Source of the DNA: Methanomassiliicoccales archaeon
GTDB lineage: Archaea > Thermoplasmatota > Thermoplasmata > RBG-16-68-12 > SOIM01
Direction of reading: 5' to 3'
Assembly (NCBI GenBank): GCA_004377185.1
Contig: SOIM01000011.1
Location: 14,925 to 38,924 of the forward strand
DNA length: 24,000 nucleotides
The position numbers and the translations under genes were made by a program. The notes under the pieces were generated by a model that ran no database searches, was not told the origin of the DNA, and worked only from the letters and a program-made list of their open reading frames with translations. This document shows, piece after piece, positions 16,983-23,796 of this stretch (positions are counted from its first letter, which is position 1; each line of letters begins with the position of its first letter).

Positions 16983-18686
16983 GTGAAGAACCAAGAGATT
17001 GCAAGGATCTTCTACCAGATCGCTGACTTCTTGGACATCCAGGGTGTTGCCTTCAGGCCCAATGCCTACCGCAGGGGGGCAAGGATCATCGAAGAGCTCC
17101 AAGAGGACGTTGCGAAAATCAAGCAAAGAGGGGAACTGACCGGGATACAGGGCATCGGAAAGAACCTTGCCAACAAGATAGGCGAGTATCTCAAAACAGG
17201 AGAGATTGGGCTTCACAACAGGCTCAAGAGAGAGGTGCCCCCGGGACTTCTCGATATCATTTCTGTCCCAGGTCTGGGACCTAAGACGGCAGGGTATCTG
17301 TACAAAGAGAAGGGAATATCCAGCTTGGAAGAGCTTGAGAAGGCCGCAAAAGAGAGACGCCTGAGACAGATGAAGGGTTTTGGGCAGAAGACCGAAGAGA
17401 ACGTTCTGAAAGGCATTGAGATGCTCAAGAGGATGAAGGGCAGGATCCTGCTGGGCGAGGCGCTGCCAATCGCTCAGGAAATCATCGAAGAGATAGAATC
17501 AAAGTGCAAGGTGGAGAGAATATGCGTTGCTGGCTCGGTCAGAAGAATGAAGGAAGCCATTGGGGATATCGACATCCTTGTGGTCTCAGAAGATCCCGGC
17601 AAGACCATGGACGTGTTCTCAAGCATATCTGGAGTGCAGGACGTAATTGTCAAGGGTCGAACCAAGACCAGTGTGTATCTCAAGGACGGACTGCAGGCTG
17701 ACCTCAGGGTAGTTGACCTGGACAGTTATGGTGCTGCATTGCAGTATTTCACCGGCTCCAAGGACCACAACATCCACCTGAGGAAGATCGCCCAGAAGAT
17801 GGGTTACAAAGTGAATGAATACGGGCTTTTTGAAGGAGAGAGAAAGATCGCTGGAGAGACAGAAAAGGAACTGTACGAAACGCTCGAGATGACCTACATA
17901 GAACCTGAACTGAGGGAGGACAACGGGGAGATTGAAGCATCGCAGAAAGGGAAGCTGCCGAATCTTGTGCGACTCGAGGACATCAAGGGAGACCTGCACG
18001 TACACACCAACTGGAGCGATGGAACGGAAAGCATCGAGGACCTGGCCAAGATAGCTCAGGGCATGGGCTACGAATACATCGCCGTGGCAGATCACTCAAA
18101 ATCACTAAAGGTTGCCGGAGGACTGGACGAAGACGAGCTGATGCTGCAGGTCAAGGAAATCAGGAAGATCAACAAGAGAATCAAGGGTTTCAAGATCCTG
18201 GCCGGGATTGAGGTTGACATTCTGGGGAACGGAGAACTGGACTTGGATGACAGTGCTCTCAAGGAAATGGACGTGGTTGTGGGCGCGATACATTCTAAGT
18301 TCTCGATGTCCGAGAAGGAAATGACGGAGAGAGTTCTGGAGGCGATCAGGAACGAGAACCTGGATATACTGGCCCATCCGACGGGCAGGTTGATCGGAAG
18401 AAGAAATCCCTATGAAGCGGACATCGATAAGATCATGAGAGAATCAGCGGACACCAAGACCGCCTTGGAGATAAACTGCTTTCCGGACAGGCTGGATCTG
18501 AACGGCCCAAACGCCAAACGGGCAAAGCAGATGGGTGCAAAGATATCTCTCGGAACTGACACCCATGCGGCCTCCAACTTGTACTTCATGAAATTCGGCG
18601 TGGGAATGGCCCGACGCGGATGGCTGGAAAGCAAGGATGTCTTGAACACCTGGAGCGCCAAGGAGATTCTTGATTATCTCAAATGA
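16983..18686 (+). CDS. polX: Family X DNA polymerase with C-terminal PHP (3'-5' exo/phosphoesterase) domain
   Basis: The track ORF 16806..18686 overlaps nrdJ at its N-terminus. The in-frame GTG at 16983 gives (M)KNQEIARIFYQIADFLDIQG, which matches the MRNQELARIF-type N-terminus of bacterial/archaeal PolX. HhH motifs are present. The catalytic segment is GSVRRMKEAIGDIDILV, and the PHP domain begins DLHVHTNWSDG. A TATA-like AAACTATTTATC lies about 28 nt upstream, which suggests a leaderless transcript. Confidence 0.85.
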   Translation: MKNQEIARIFYQIADFLDIQGVAFRPNAYRRGARIIEELQEDVAKIKQRGELTGIQGIGKNLANKIGEYLKTGEIGLHNRLKREVPPGLLDIISVPGLGPKTAGYLYKEKGISSLEELEKAAKERRLRQMKGFGQKTEENVLKGIEMLKRMKGRILLGEALPIAQEIIEEIESKCKVERICVAGSVRRMKEAIGDIDILVVSEDPGKTMDVFSSISGVQDVIVKGRTKTSVYLKDGLQADLRVVDLDSYGAALQYFTGSKDHNIHLRKIAQKMGYKVNEYGLFEGERKIAGETEKELYETLEMTYIEPELREDNGEIEASQKGKLPNLVRLEDIKGDLHVHTNWSDGTESIEDLAKIAQGMGYEYIAVADHSKSLKVAGGLDEDELMLQVKEIRKINKRIKGFKILAGIEVDILGNGELDLDDSALKEMDVVVGAIHSKFSMSEKEMTERVLEAIRNENLDILAHPTGRLIGRRNPYEADIDKIMRESADTKTALEINCFPDRLDLNGPNAKRAKQMGAKISLGTDTHAASNLYFMKFGVGMARRGWLESKDVLNTWSAKEILDYLK

Positions 18687-18758
18687 GGTAAAGAACCCGC
18701 AGGAATAGGATTCTTTATTTTCGAGAAACAGTTACCACAACATGAGTGGTGATATCAG

Positions 18759-19331
18759 GTGCCCCTCACCAAGAAGGAAAGAGCTCTTCGAAAGATCGCT
18801 TCCGAGGTCAGACGCTGCAAGAAATGTCCCCTCTATAAAGAAAGGACAAATGCAGTTCCCGGTGAGGGCCCAGCAAACGCCAGAATGTTCTTCGTCGGTG
18901 AAGCTCCAGGAAAAGCGGAGGATGAAAAAGGAAAGCCCTTTGTGGGATCAGCCGGAAAGATACTCGACGAAGCTTTGGAAAAAGCAGGACTTCAGAGATC
19001 CAAAGTGTTCATCACAAGCATTCTGAGGTGCAGACCGCCAAACAACAGGAATCCAAAGGCCGGAGAGATGTCGGCCTGCTGGCCGCACCTTGAGAGGTAC
19101 GTCGACACCATCTCGCCTCGAGTATTGGTAGCATTGGGCCGCTATGGATTCAAAGGGCTCACAGGCAAGACCGCAAGGATTGGAGAGATGAGAAACAAGA
19201 AGCTAGAATACAAAGGAATACCTATCGTTGCAACGTACCATCCCGCAGCGGTGCTTTATAACCGCAAGCTCATCAAGAAAATCGTATACGATTTCAGAAA
19301 GGCCAGAAGGCTATCCGAGCAGAGCGCTTAG
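18759..19331 (+). CDS. udg: Uracil-DNA glycosylase, family 4 (Fe-S type)
   Basis: The gene starts with GTG after a GGTGAT Shine-Dalgarno. The motifs are CKKCPL, FVGEAPGKAEDEKGKPFVGSAG, LRCRPP, CWPHL and ATYHPAAVLY. Confidence 0.85.
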   Translation: MPLTKKERALRKIASEVRRCKKCPLYKERTNAVPGEGPANARMFFVGEAPGKAEDEKGKPFVGSAGKILDEALEKAGLQRSKVFITSILRCRPPNNRNPKAGEMSACWPHLERYVDTISPRVLVALGRYGFKGLTGKTARIGEMRNKKLEYKGIPIVATYHPAAVLYNRKLIKKIVYDFRKARRLSEQSA

Positions 19332-19473
19332 AGAAAGATCGGACCTGGACTTCCAGGAGAGTGTTGTGTACATTCCCGGGCCATGCTTCCGTCTTCTTCA
19401 CATTATCAAAGATGATAATGAGAGACCAAAATATCTTATACCACTGGCAATCTCGAATCACCGAGGTGGGAAC

Positions 19474-21087
19474 TTGAAAGATTCCACGGGAATACCAGAG
19501 GAACTCGTGAATTTCTTCAAAGGACCGGGCGGACACTCTCTGATTGTGAAAGGACTTGCGGGGACCGGGAAGACGACATTTGCCCTTCAGTTGGCTGAAG
19601 AGCTGGACAATGTGGCGAAGAGCCACTATATTTCGGTAAGGGTATCCGATGAGTCGCTGTACAATCAATTCCCCTGGCTGAGGAAGAAGTTGGAAGAGAC
19701 AGGGAAGTTGAAGATGGTCAAGGGCTATGCCAAGACGCTGAGCTCCAATTTCGTTCATAGGGAAAGCGCGACGGACGTGGCCCTCGAGGTCAGAATCCGG
19801 ACGGCCCAACAGCTCCTCAGGTCCATTGGAGAAGCATTGAAGGACAGTAGCAAGGTCGACCGTAGCGAACTCCAAAGACTGGAAGGGAGGATAGAGATGG
19901 GGGAGGAGAGTGTGGAGGAGCCTTTCGGCGCACTTGGGGAGGGATCGGTTCTAGACGACACCATCATCTTCGATTTAGGTTCAGACCTCCCTGAGATTGA
20001 TCTTGCGTACGACATGGTTGAGCAGGCGCTACCTGACAAGACGCTTGTGCTGATAGACAGCATTGACGCTCTCAGCGAGAGATACGGAGTTCATGCTTCC
20101 AAGCTCATCAACACCCTCCAGAAGGACTTGGTGGAACATTCGAATGCGGACGTGCTGTATGTCCTGGAGACGGGCAAGGACAACAGACTGGACTATCTTG
20201 GGGATGGTGTGGTTTCCTTCGTGGACGAGGAATACAACGGAAGGAGACTCAGGGTTCTCAGGATAGACAAGCTCAGAGGGACCGAGATAAAACAGCACAA
20301 ATACATCTACACACTGAAGGGCGGGCGCTTAGGAACATTCCTTTTCAAGAGGGAAGAACAGCCCAGCGAGCCAAAACACTGGAAGGTTGTGAAAGACATC
20401 TCTGAGGATGTGGTTTCCACAGGGAACGAAGAGCTTGATCAGCTTGTGGGAGGGATAAGAAAAGGTTCCATCATTGCGATAGAGGTGGGAGGAAACGTCC
20501 CGGGATTCTACGTGGACCATATCAAGACGGGGCTGATATCCAACTTCACCTGCCAGAACAGGGGAGTGGCTCTGATGCCGTCAAAGAGAGCTCCTGCCGA
20601 GACGATAGAAGCGGAAATCATACCTTACATCGGCGAGGACACATTCGAGAACAATGTACGGGTGTACGAGGCGACTGAATTCGGCTCTCTCGAAGGCTCC
20701 AAGAACACCATCCAGCTTGAAGGTCGCGATCTGGCCAACGAGATGAAATGGAACACCGTTGAATACAACCTTCAGAGTGCAAATCATCCCTTCATGTCGC
20801 TCATAGCCTTCGACACGCTGGAGTCAACCTATGACGAAGACGTGATAGAGAAGCTTACACCACACCTGACCTCCATAAGAAGGAACAAGGACATCTTCGT
20901 GGGCCTTCTCATCCCGACTGACGAATCCACCGACAAGCTGGCCAACGTCGCTCACATTCATTTGAAGATCGAGAACCTTGACGGCTCGGTTGTCCTATTC
21001 GGGGAGAAACCGCACACCGAGCTCTTCGCTTTGTCCTTTGACGTGTCTAAAGGATATCCCAAGGCAAGGCTTACGTCCATAGTCTAG
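19474..21087 (+). CDS. Two-domain KaiC/GvpD/RAD55-family RecA-superfamily ATPase (intact N-terminal P-loop domain, degenerate C-terminal domain)
   Basis: The track ORF starts at 19228 inside udg. I prefer TTG 19474, which lies 5 nt after the Shine-Dalgarno GAGGTG (19463-68) and about 40 nt after the TATA-like AAAATATCTTATA (19428-40). GTG 19366 is an alternative start. Domain 1 has STGIPEELVNFF..., Walker A GLAGTGKTT, Walker B LVLIDSIDAL and RVLRIDKLRGT. Domain 2 repeats the STGNEELDQLVGG entry motif, but the P-loop position reads GGNVPGFY. Confidence 0.7.
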   Translation: MKDSTGIPEELVNFFKGPGGHSLIVKGLAGTGKTTFALQLAEELDNVAKSHYISVRVSDESLYNQFPWLRKKLEETGKLKMVKGYAKTLSSNFVHRESATDVALEVRIRTAQQLLRSIGEALKDSSKVDRSELQRLEGRIEMGEESVEEPFGALGEGSVLDDTIIFDLGSDLPEIDLAYDMVEQALPDKTLVLIDSIDALSERYGVHASKLINTLQKDLVEHSNADVLYVLETGKDNRLDYLGDGVVSFVDEEYNGRRLRVLRIDKLRGTEIKQHKYIYTLKGGRLGTFLFKREEQPSEPKHWKVVKDISEDVVSTGNEELDQLVGGIRKGSIIAIEVGGNVPGFYVDHIKTGLISNFTCQNRGVALMPSKRAPAETIEAEIIPYIGEDTFENNVRVYEATEFGSLEGSKNTIQLEGRDLANEMKWNTVEYNLQSANHPFMSLIAFDTLESTYDEDVIEKLTPHLTSIRRNKDIFVGLLIPTDESTDKLANVAHIHLKIENLDGSVVLFGEKPHTELFALSFDVSKGYPKARLTSIV

Positions 21088-21131
21088 AAGAGCAAAAAGA
21101 GTATCAGCCATGATAATTGGATGAAAAGTGG

Positions 21132-21139
21132 TTTAAAAA
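21132..21139 (+). promoter_or_regulatory. Archaeal TATA box (TTTAAAAA) for wHTH paralog A
   Basis: It matches the TTTAWATA-type consensus and lies about 24 nt upstream of ATG 21160. Confidence 0.4.
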
Positions 21140-21159
21140 CGCGGATGGTAGAAGGTATA

Positions 21160-21501
21160 ATGCGAGAGAAAGAGATATCAAGACTACTAACTGACGACTA
21201 CGCAGAACGCATTCTCGTCGCAACATACTACTCCGCCAAATCGGCACAGGAAATCAGCGATAGGTACGACGTACCAATAGCCGCGTGCTACCGCAAAATC
21301 CACGAATTGGAAGATGCGGGCCTGCTGAGATGCTACAGGATTGTCACGACACCGAAAGGGAAGAGCATGAAGCTTTATCGCTCGCAGTTGAAGAAGGCCT
21401 GCCTTATGTATGAAGATGGAATTTTCAAGGTCAGGCTGGAGTTCAAGCACGAGGAGCCGATAAACAACACATGGATACAGTTGAACACTCCTCGCAGCTA
21501 G
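21160..21501 (+). CDS. Small winged-helix (ArsR-like) transcription regulator, paralog A
   Basis: The track ORF starts at 21121. ATG 21160 (MREKEISRLLTDDY...) lies about 24 nt after the consensus TATA box TTTAAAAA (21132-39) and aligns residue for residue with the paralog's N-terminus. The HTH segment is SAQEISDRYDVPIAACYRKIHELEDAGLL. Confidence 0.7.
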   Translation: MREKEISRLLTDDYAERILVATYYSAKSAQEISDRYDVPIAACYRKIHELEDAGLLRCYRIVTTPKGKSMKLYRSQLKKACLMYEDGIFKVRLEFKHEEPINNTWIQLNTPRS

Positions 21502-21503
21502 AT

Positions 21504-21534
21504 GTTCTTACTCGCTTTTTCCTGAGAACAAAAA
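21504..21534. terminator. Bidirectional termination region between convergent genes
   Basis: A hairpin forms between GTTCTTA (21504-10) and TGAGAAC (23-29). A T5 run on the plus strand lies in its loop (21516-20), and an A5 run (T5 on the minus strand) lies at 21530-34. It begins 3 nt after the stop of the wHTH paralog A gene (21160..21501). Confidence 0.4.
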
Positions 21535-21648
21535 GGTGCCAACCCGGAATTTCAAAGAATCGAACCTAGTGAGCGAGTATGAGCACTCCCATCGGGGATT
21601 GTTAGTCTCATTATTCTGGGCAGTCTTCGTTCTTCTGAGGGACCTAGG

Positions 21649-22473
21649 TCAACGAGAGAGTTCAGTCCCGCATGAAGGACAGAACGAAAAGCCGTCAACC
21701 CTCCCACCACATTTTGGACAGAAATTCATCGCTGTACCGCTGATGTGGGCGCCCAATGGTTGCGGGGCCGAAGGGGCAATTGCGGGCCTTGGAAGGGGTA
21801 ACTCTCCCAGATGAGGGAGTGAGAGAAAGAGGCCTATCGTTGTGAGTATTGCTGCAACAAAAAGGAGAATCCATCCAACAGGTATGAAGAAGGCGAAGAT
21901 CAGAGACATGATGAAGCTGCCAGATATGATGTAGATCACGCCCGATGCCATGAAAATCGACGGTGACGCAAGGGATTTCCTGGCCAAAATGTGGGAAACT
22001 CCGATTATCACTACCCCAACTCCCAGGATTATTGACGCGACCCACACGAATAAGGGATTGAGGTAATAGTTGTAGTCGTAGTAGTAGCCCCAGTAGTCTG
22101 TCTGGACAGAGAGGACCATCAGGGCAATGAACAAGACCGAGACAATTATGGAGAATATGAAGGTGGCCATCCCCATCCCGGACTTGTGGTGTACGTAGTA
22201 GCCCGCATGGGCAAATGAGTGGACAATCATCCCTACGAACACGATGATGGAGGACACGATAATGGCAATTGGATAACCAATGCTGCGATACCAATAGAAG
22301 CCGGAAGTCACGAATGAGACCGTGAAAGCCATCGCTCCGACTCCAAGCAAGATTGCGCCGATAGCACCAACGATAATGAGATTCTTTCCCTTCACATGTT
22401 CTCTGGCCGGAATTCCGGCCGGTGGAACCACCTGTTGACCCAACTCAGGAGAGTAACCCGAAGCATCCTGCAT
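21649..22473 (-). CDS. Six-TM membrane protein with Pro-rich linker and C-terminal double-CxxC zinc ribbon
   Basis: A strong Shine-Dalgarno GAGGAGGTGA lies directly upstream of ATG 22473. I read six hydrophobic helices by eye. The terminus is ...PLPRPAIAPSAPQP...MNFCPKCGGRVDGFSFCPSCGTELSR. Confidence 0.7.
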   Translation of the reverse strand: MQDASGYSPELGQQVVPPAGIPAREHVKGKNLIIVGAIGAILLGVGAMAFTVSFVTSGFYWYRSIGYPIAIIVSSIIVFVGMIVHSFAHAGYYVHHKSGMGMATFIFSIIVSVLFIALMVLSVQTDYWGYYYDYNYYLNPLFVWVASIILGVGVVIIGVSHILARKSLASPSIFMASGVIYIISGSFIMSLIFAFFIPVGWILLFVAAILTTIGLFLSLPHLGELPLPRPAIAPSAPQPLGAHISGTAMNFCPKCGGRVDGFSFCPSCGTELSR

Positions 22474-22744
22474 CTATTCACCTCCTCGCAACCCACTTCC
22501 TCTGCCGAGCAGAACGATTCCTAGATACATAGAGTTATAGGGTCAGAGTCTGGACAATCGTGAGGGGCGCATTGATTGAGGGGAAGGCTCTGAGGAAAAC
22601 AGCTCCAGCAAGACCTACCGGATGTCGCTGTTAGCGCTGGGAGGTCCTCCGATAACGAAGAGGTGAACTATAAGTAGTAGGAACCTTTACGCGTGTTTTA
22701 CTCTACAAAAGCTGTCTCGCAATGTGTTAGGGTGGGGGAATACC

Positions 22745-23107
22745 ATGGACGCACTGGAAGCCTCTCAGATGCTGACGGATGAGTATTCTGCTAAAATTCT
22801 TTTGGCAACATTCAAGAGAAAGATGAGTGCCCAAGAAATCAGTAACAAGTATGGCATCCCGATAGCGGCTTGCTACAGGAAGATCAAGACGCTGGAAGAT
22901 GCTGGGTTAATCGAGTGCATCGACCGAGTGCTCACCCCCAAAGGCAAGAGAAAGAACCTGTACCTCTCGCGACTGAAGACCGCGTTCATATTCTTTGAAA
23001 ACGGAAAATTGAGGGCGAGATTCCACCTTTCCACAGGAGTCACCAAGGACTTCGGTGGGGACTGGAACGGACTTGAATTCTTGAAAGTAGTAAATCCTCT
23101 TGAGTGA
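22745..23107 (+). CDS. Small winged-helix (ArsR-like) transcription regulator, paralog B
   Basis: The track ORF starts at 22724. ATG 22745 (MDALEASQMLTDEY...) gives the same 9-residue lead before LTD as paralog A. In my manual alignment, about 49 of 93 aligned positions are identical to 21160..21501, including SAQEIS..Y..PIAACYRKI..LEDAGL and TPKGK..LY.S.LK.A. Confidence 0.7.
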   Translation: MDALEASQMLTDEYSAKILLATFKRKMSAQEISNKYGIPIAACYRKIKTLEDAGLIECIDRVLTPKGKRKNLYLSRLKTAFIFFENGKLRARFHLSTGVTKDFGGDWNGLEFLKVVNPLE

Positions 23108-23284
23108 TCATTGGTCTTTACCCCCAACGATTTGGATGGGCGGCACTTCCAACGGAATCTGATATGTGTCGTACTCTACAACTCTCTCGAATGTGCTATG
23201 GTGACAAAGAAGCGGGCATGGCGTCCGGTCTTTTTGCAGAGAAGGAGTGTTTGGTGTCCGGTTGGCTGTTTCATTTGCAAAAGA

Positions 23285-23329
23285 GATAACCAGTCGCATA
23301 AAAGATAATCAGTCACGATAATCGATTGC
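23285..23329 (+). repeat. Three direct GATAAY-led 13-mers immediately upstream of the small-ORF TATA box (candidate operator)
   Basis: The three copies are GATAACCAGTCGC (23285-97), GATAATCAGTCAC (23304-16) and GATAATCGATTGC (23317-29). Copies 1 and 2 match at 11 of 13 positions. The TATA-like element starts at 23335. Confidence 0.4.
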
Positions 23330-23371
23330 TCTAGTTTAAGTATTCCTGGGTTATAACAACAGCAAGATACA

Positions 23372-23506
23372 ATGAAGCTACGGTTCCACAAGATAATACC
23401 CGAGGGAAAAAGCATCATCTACCCCAAAGAAGAAGAGGAAGAGGGGAAGATCATAGACCTCAACGTGATAGTCCTGCCCAGTCAACAGAAAAAAGAGAAG
23501 CAGTAG
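23372..23506 (+). CDS. Candidate 44-aa small protein (MKLRFHKIIPEGKSIIYPKEEEEEGKIIDLNVIVLPSQQKKEKQ)
   Basis: This ORF is below the ORF-track size cutoff and I found it by reading the sequence. The TATA-like TTTAAGTATT (23335-44) lies about 32 nt before the ATG, which is leaderless geometry. A T6 run (23525-30) follows 19 nt after the TAG stop. Third-position codon choices (ttc, cac, atc, tac, gac, ctc, aac, ata) resemble the neighbouring genes. Confidence 0.4.
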   Translation: MKLRFHKIIPEGKSIIYPKEEEEEGKIIDLNVIVLPSQQKKEKQ

Positions 23507-23517
23507 AATTTTCTCTC

Positions 23518-23796
23518 TCAATCCATTTTTTCGATCGCGTTAGCTGTTTCTGAGTAGTTTACGAAAAAAAATAAAGGGGGGTGAGGAAGTCGGTAACAAG
23601 GCCCGAAGGCCCCGATCCGCAAAAAACGCGGGCACCGTTCTTCCTCAGAGGAGGGGACATCGTGATTCGTGATTTTTTCATATGCTGATATCTTGGCCCA
23701 CCGCTCCGGTTCATACAGCAATTCAATTTCTCGCACGATCTCACATATAAAAACCTTTCCGAGACTATTATCAGGTTTGATAACTCGGGCCATCAT
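23518..23796 (-). CDS. Hypothetical 92-aa ORF abutting the upstream ATPase stop codon (doubtful, at least in its 3' half)
   Basis: The ATGATG start directly follows the TGA of the KaiC-like gene (tgaATGATG), which would suit translational coupling. However, the 3' half reads through a GC-rich multi-hairpin structure and a T8 run (PPLFFFV) that look non-coding. Confidence 0.25.
   Translation of the reverse strand: MMARVIKPDNSLGKVFICEIVREIELLYEPERWAKISAYEKITNHDVPSSEEERCPRFLRIGAFGPCYRLPHPPLFFFVNYSETANAIEKMD
23564..23646 (-). other. Predicted three-way-junction RNA structure followed by an oligo-U tract (candidate terminator/3'-UTR element or small ncRNA)
   Basis: I paired the bases by hand using plus-strand coordinates. 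The outer stem pairs 23583-89 with 23640-46 (GAGGAAG/CTTCCTC, 7 bp) and 23591-94 with 23634-37 (CGGT/ACCG). Hairpin 1 pairs 23600-03 with 23608-11 (GGCC/GGCC); on the minus strand this is a C(UUCG)G tetraloop with two extra G-U pairs. Hairpin 2 pairs 23617-20 with 23628-31 (CCGC/GCGG). On the minus strand the structure is followed by C7-TTTA-T8 (A8 at 23564-71). Confidence 0.35.

Noticed and set aside
19228-19473. N-terminal extension of the KaiC-like ORF overlapping udg
   Set aside because: The first 104 nt overlap the well-supported UDG gene in another frame. An SD-led TTG at 19474 matches the usual start of KaiC-like proteins (…STGIP…). GTG 19366 remains a possible alternative.
21557-21566. 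tRNA T-arm-like GGTTCGATTC on the minus strand in the 21502-21648 gap
   Set aside because: I could not build an acceptor stem, D arm or anticodon arm around it. The candidate T stem has a mismatch and no complementary 5' acceptor strand exists nearby.
21695-22294. 199-aa alternative-frame ORF inside the membrane-protein gene
   Set aside because: It lies on the same strand in a different frame. The 274-aa frame has a strong Shine-Dalgarno, six clear TM helices and a zinc ribbon, and the alternative frame has none of these.
19414-22665. GATAAY hexamers upstream of the KaiC-like gene, wHTH paralog A and wHTH paralog B, as a possible shared operator
   Set aside because: The hexamer also occurs repeatedly inside unrelated coding regions of the window (for example near 7133, 13364 and 18425). 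Its presence in these promoters is not distinguishable from chance. Only the triple 13-mer at 23285-23329 is retained.
23104-23308. Overlapping 61-aa and 65-aa plus-strand ORFs after wHTH paralog B, the latter Cys-rich (WCPVGCFIC)
   Set aside because: Two frames are open over the same stretch, which points to chance. Neither has a convincing Shine-Dalgarno or TATA element, and a T5 run (23230-34) sits inside them. I cannot distinguish them from a long 3'/5' UTR, so the region is left unassigned.
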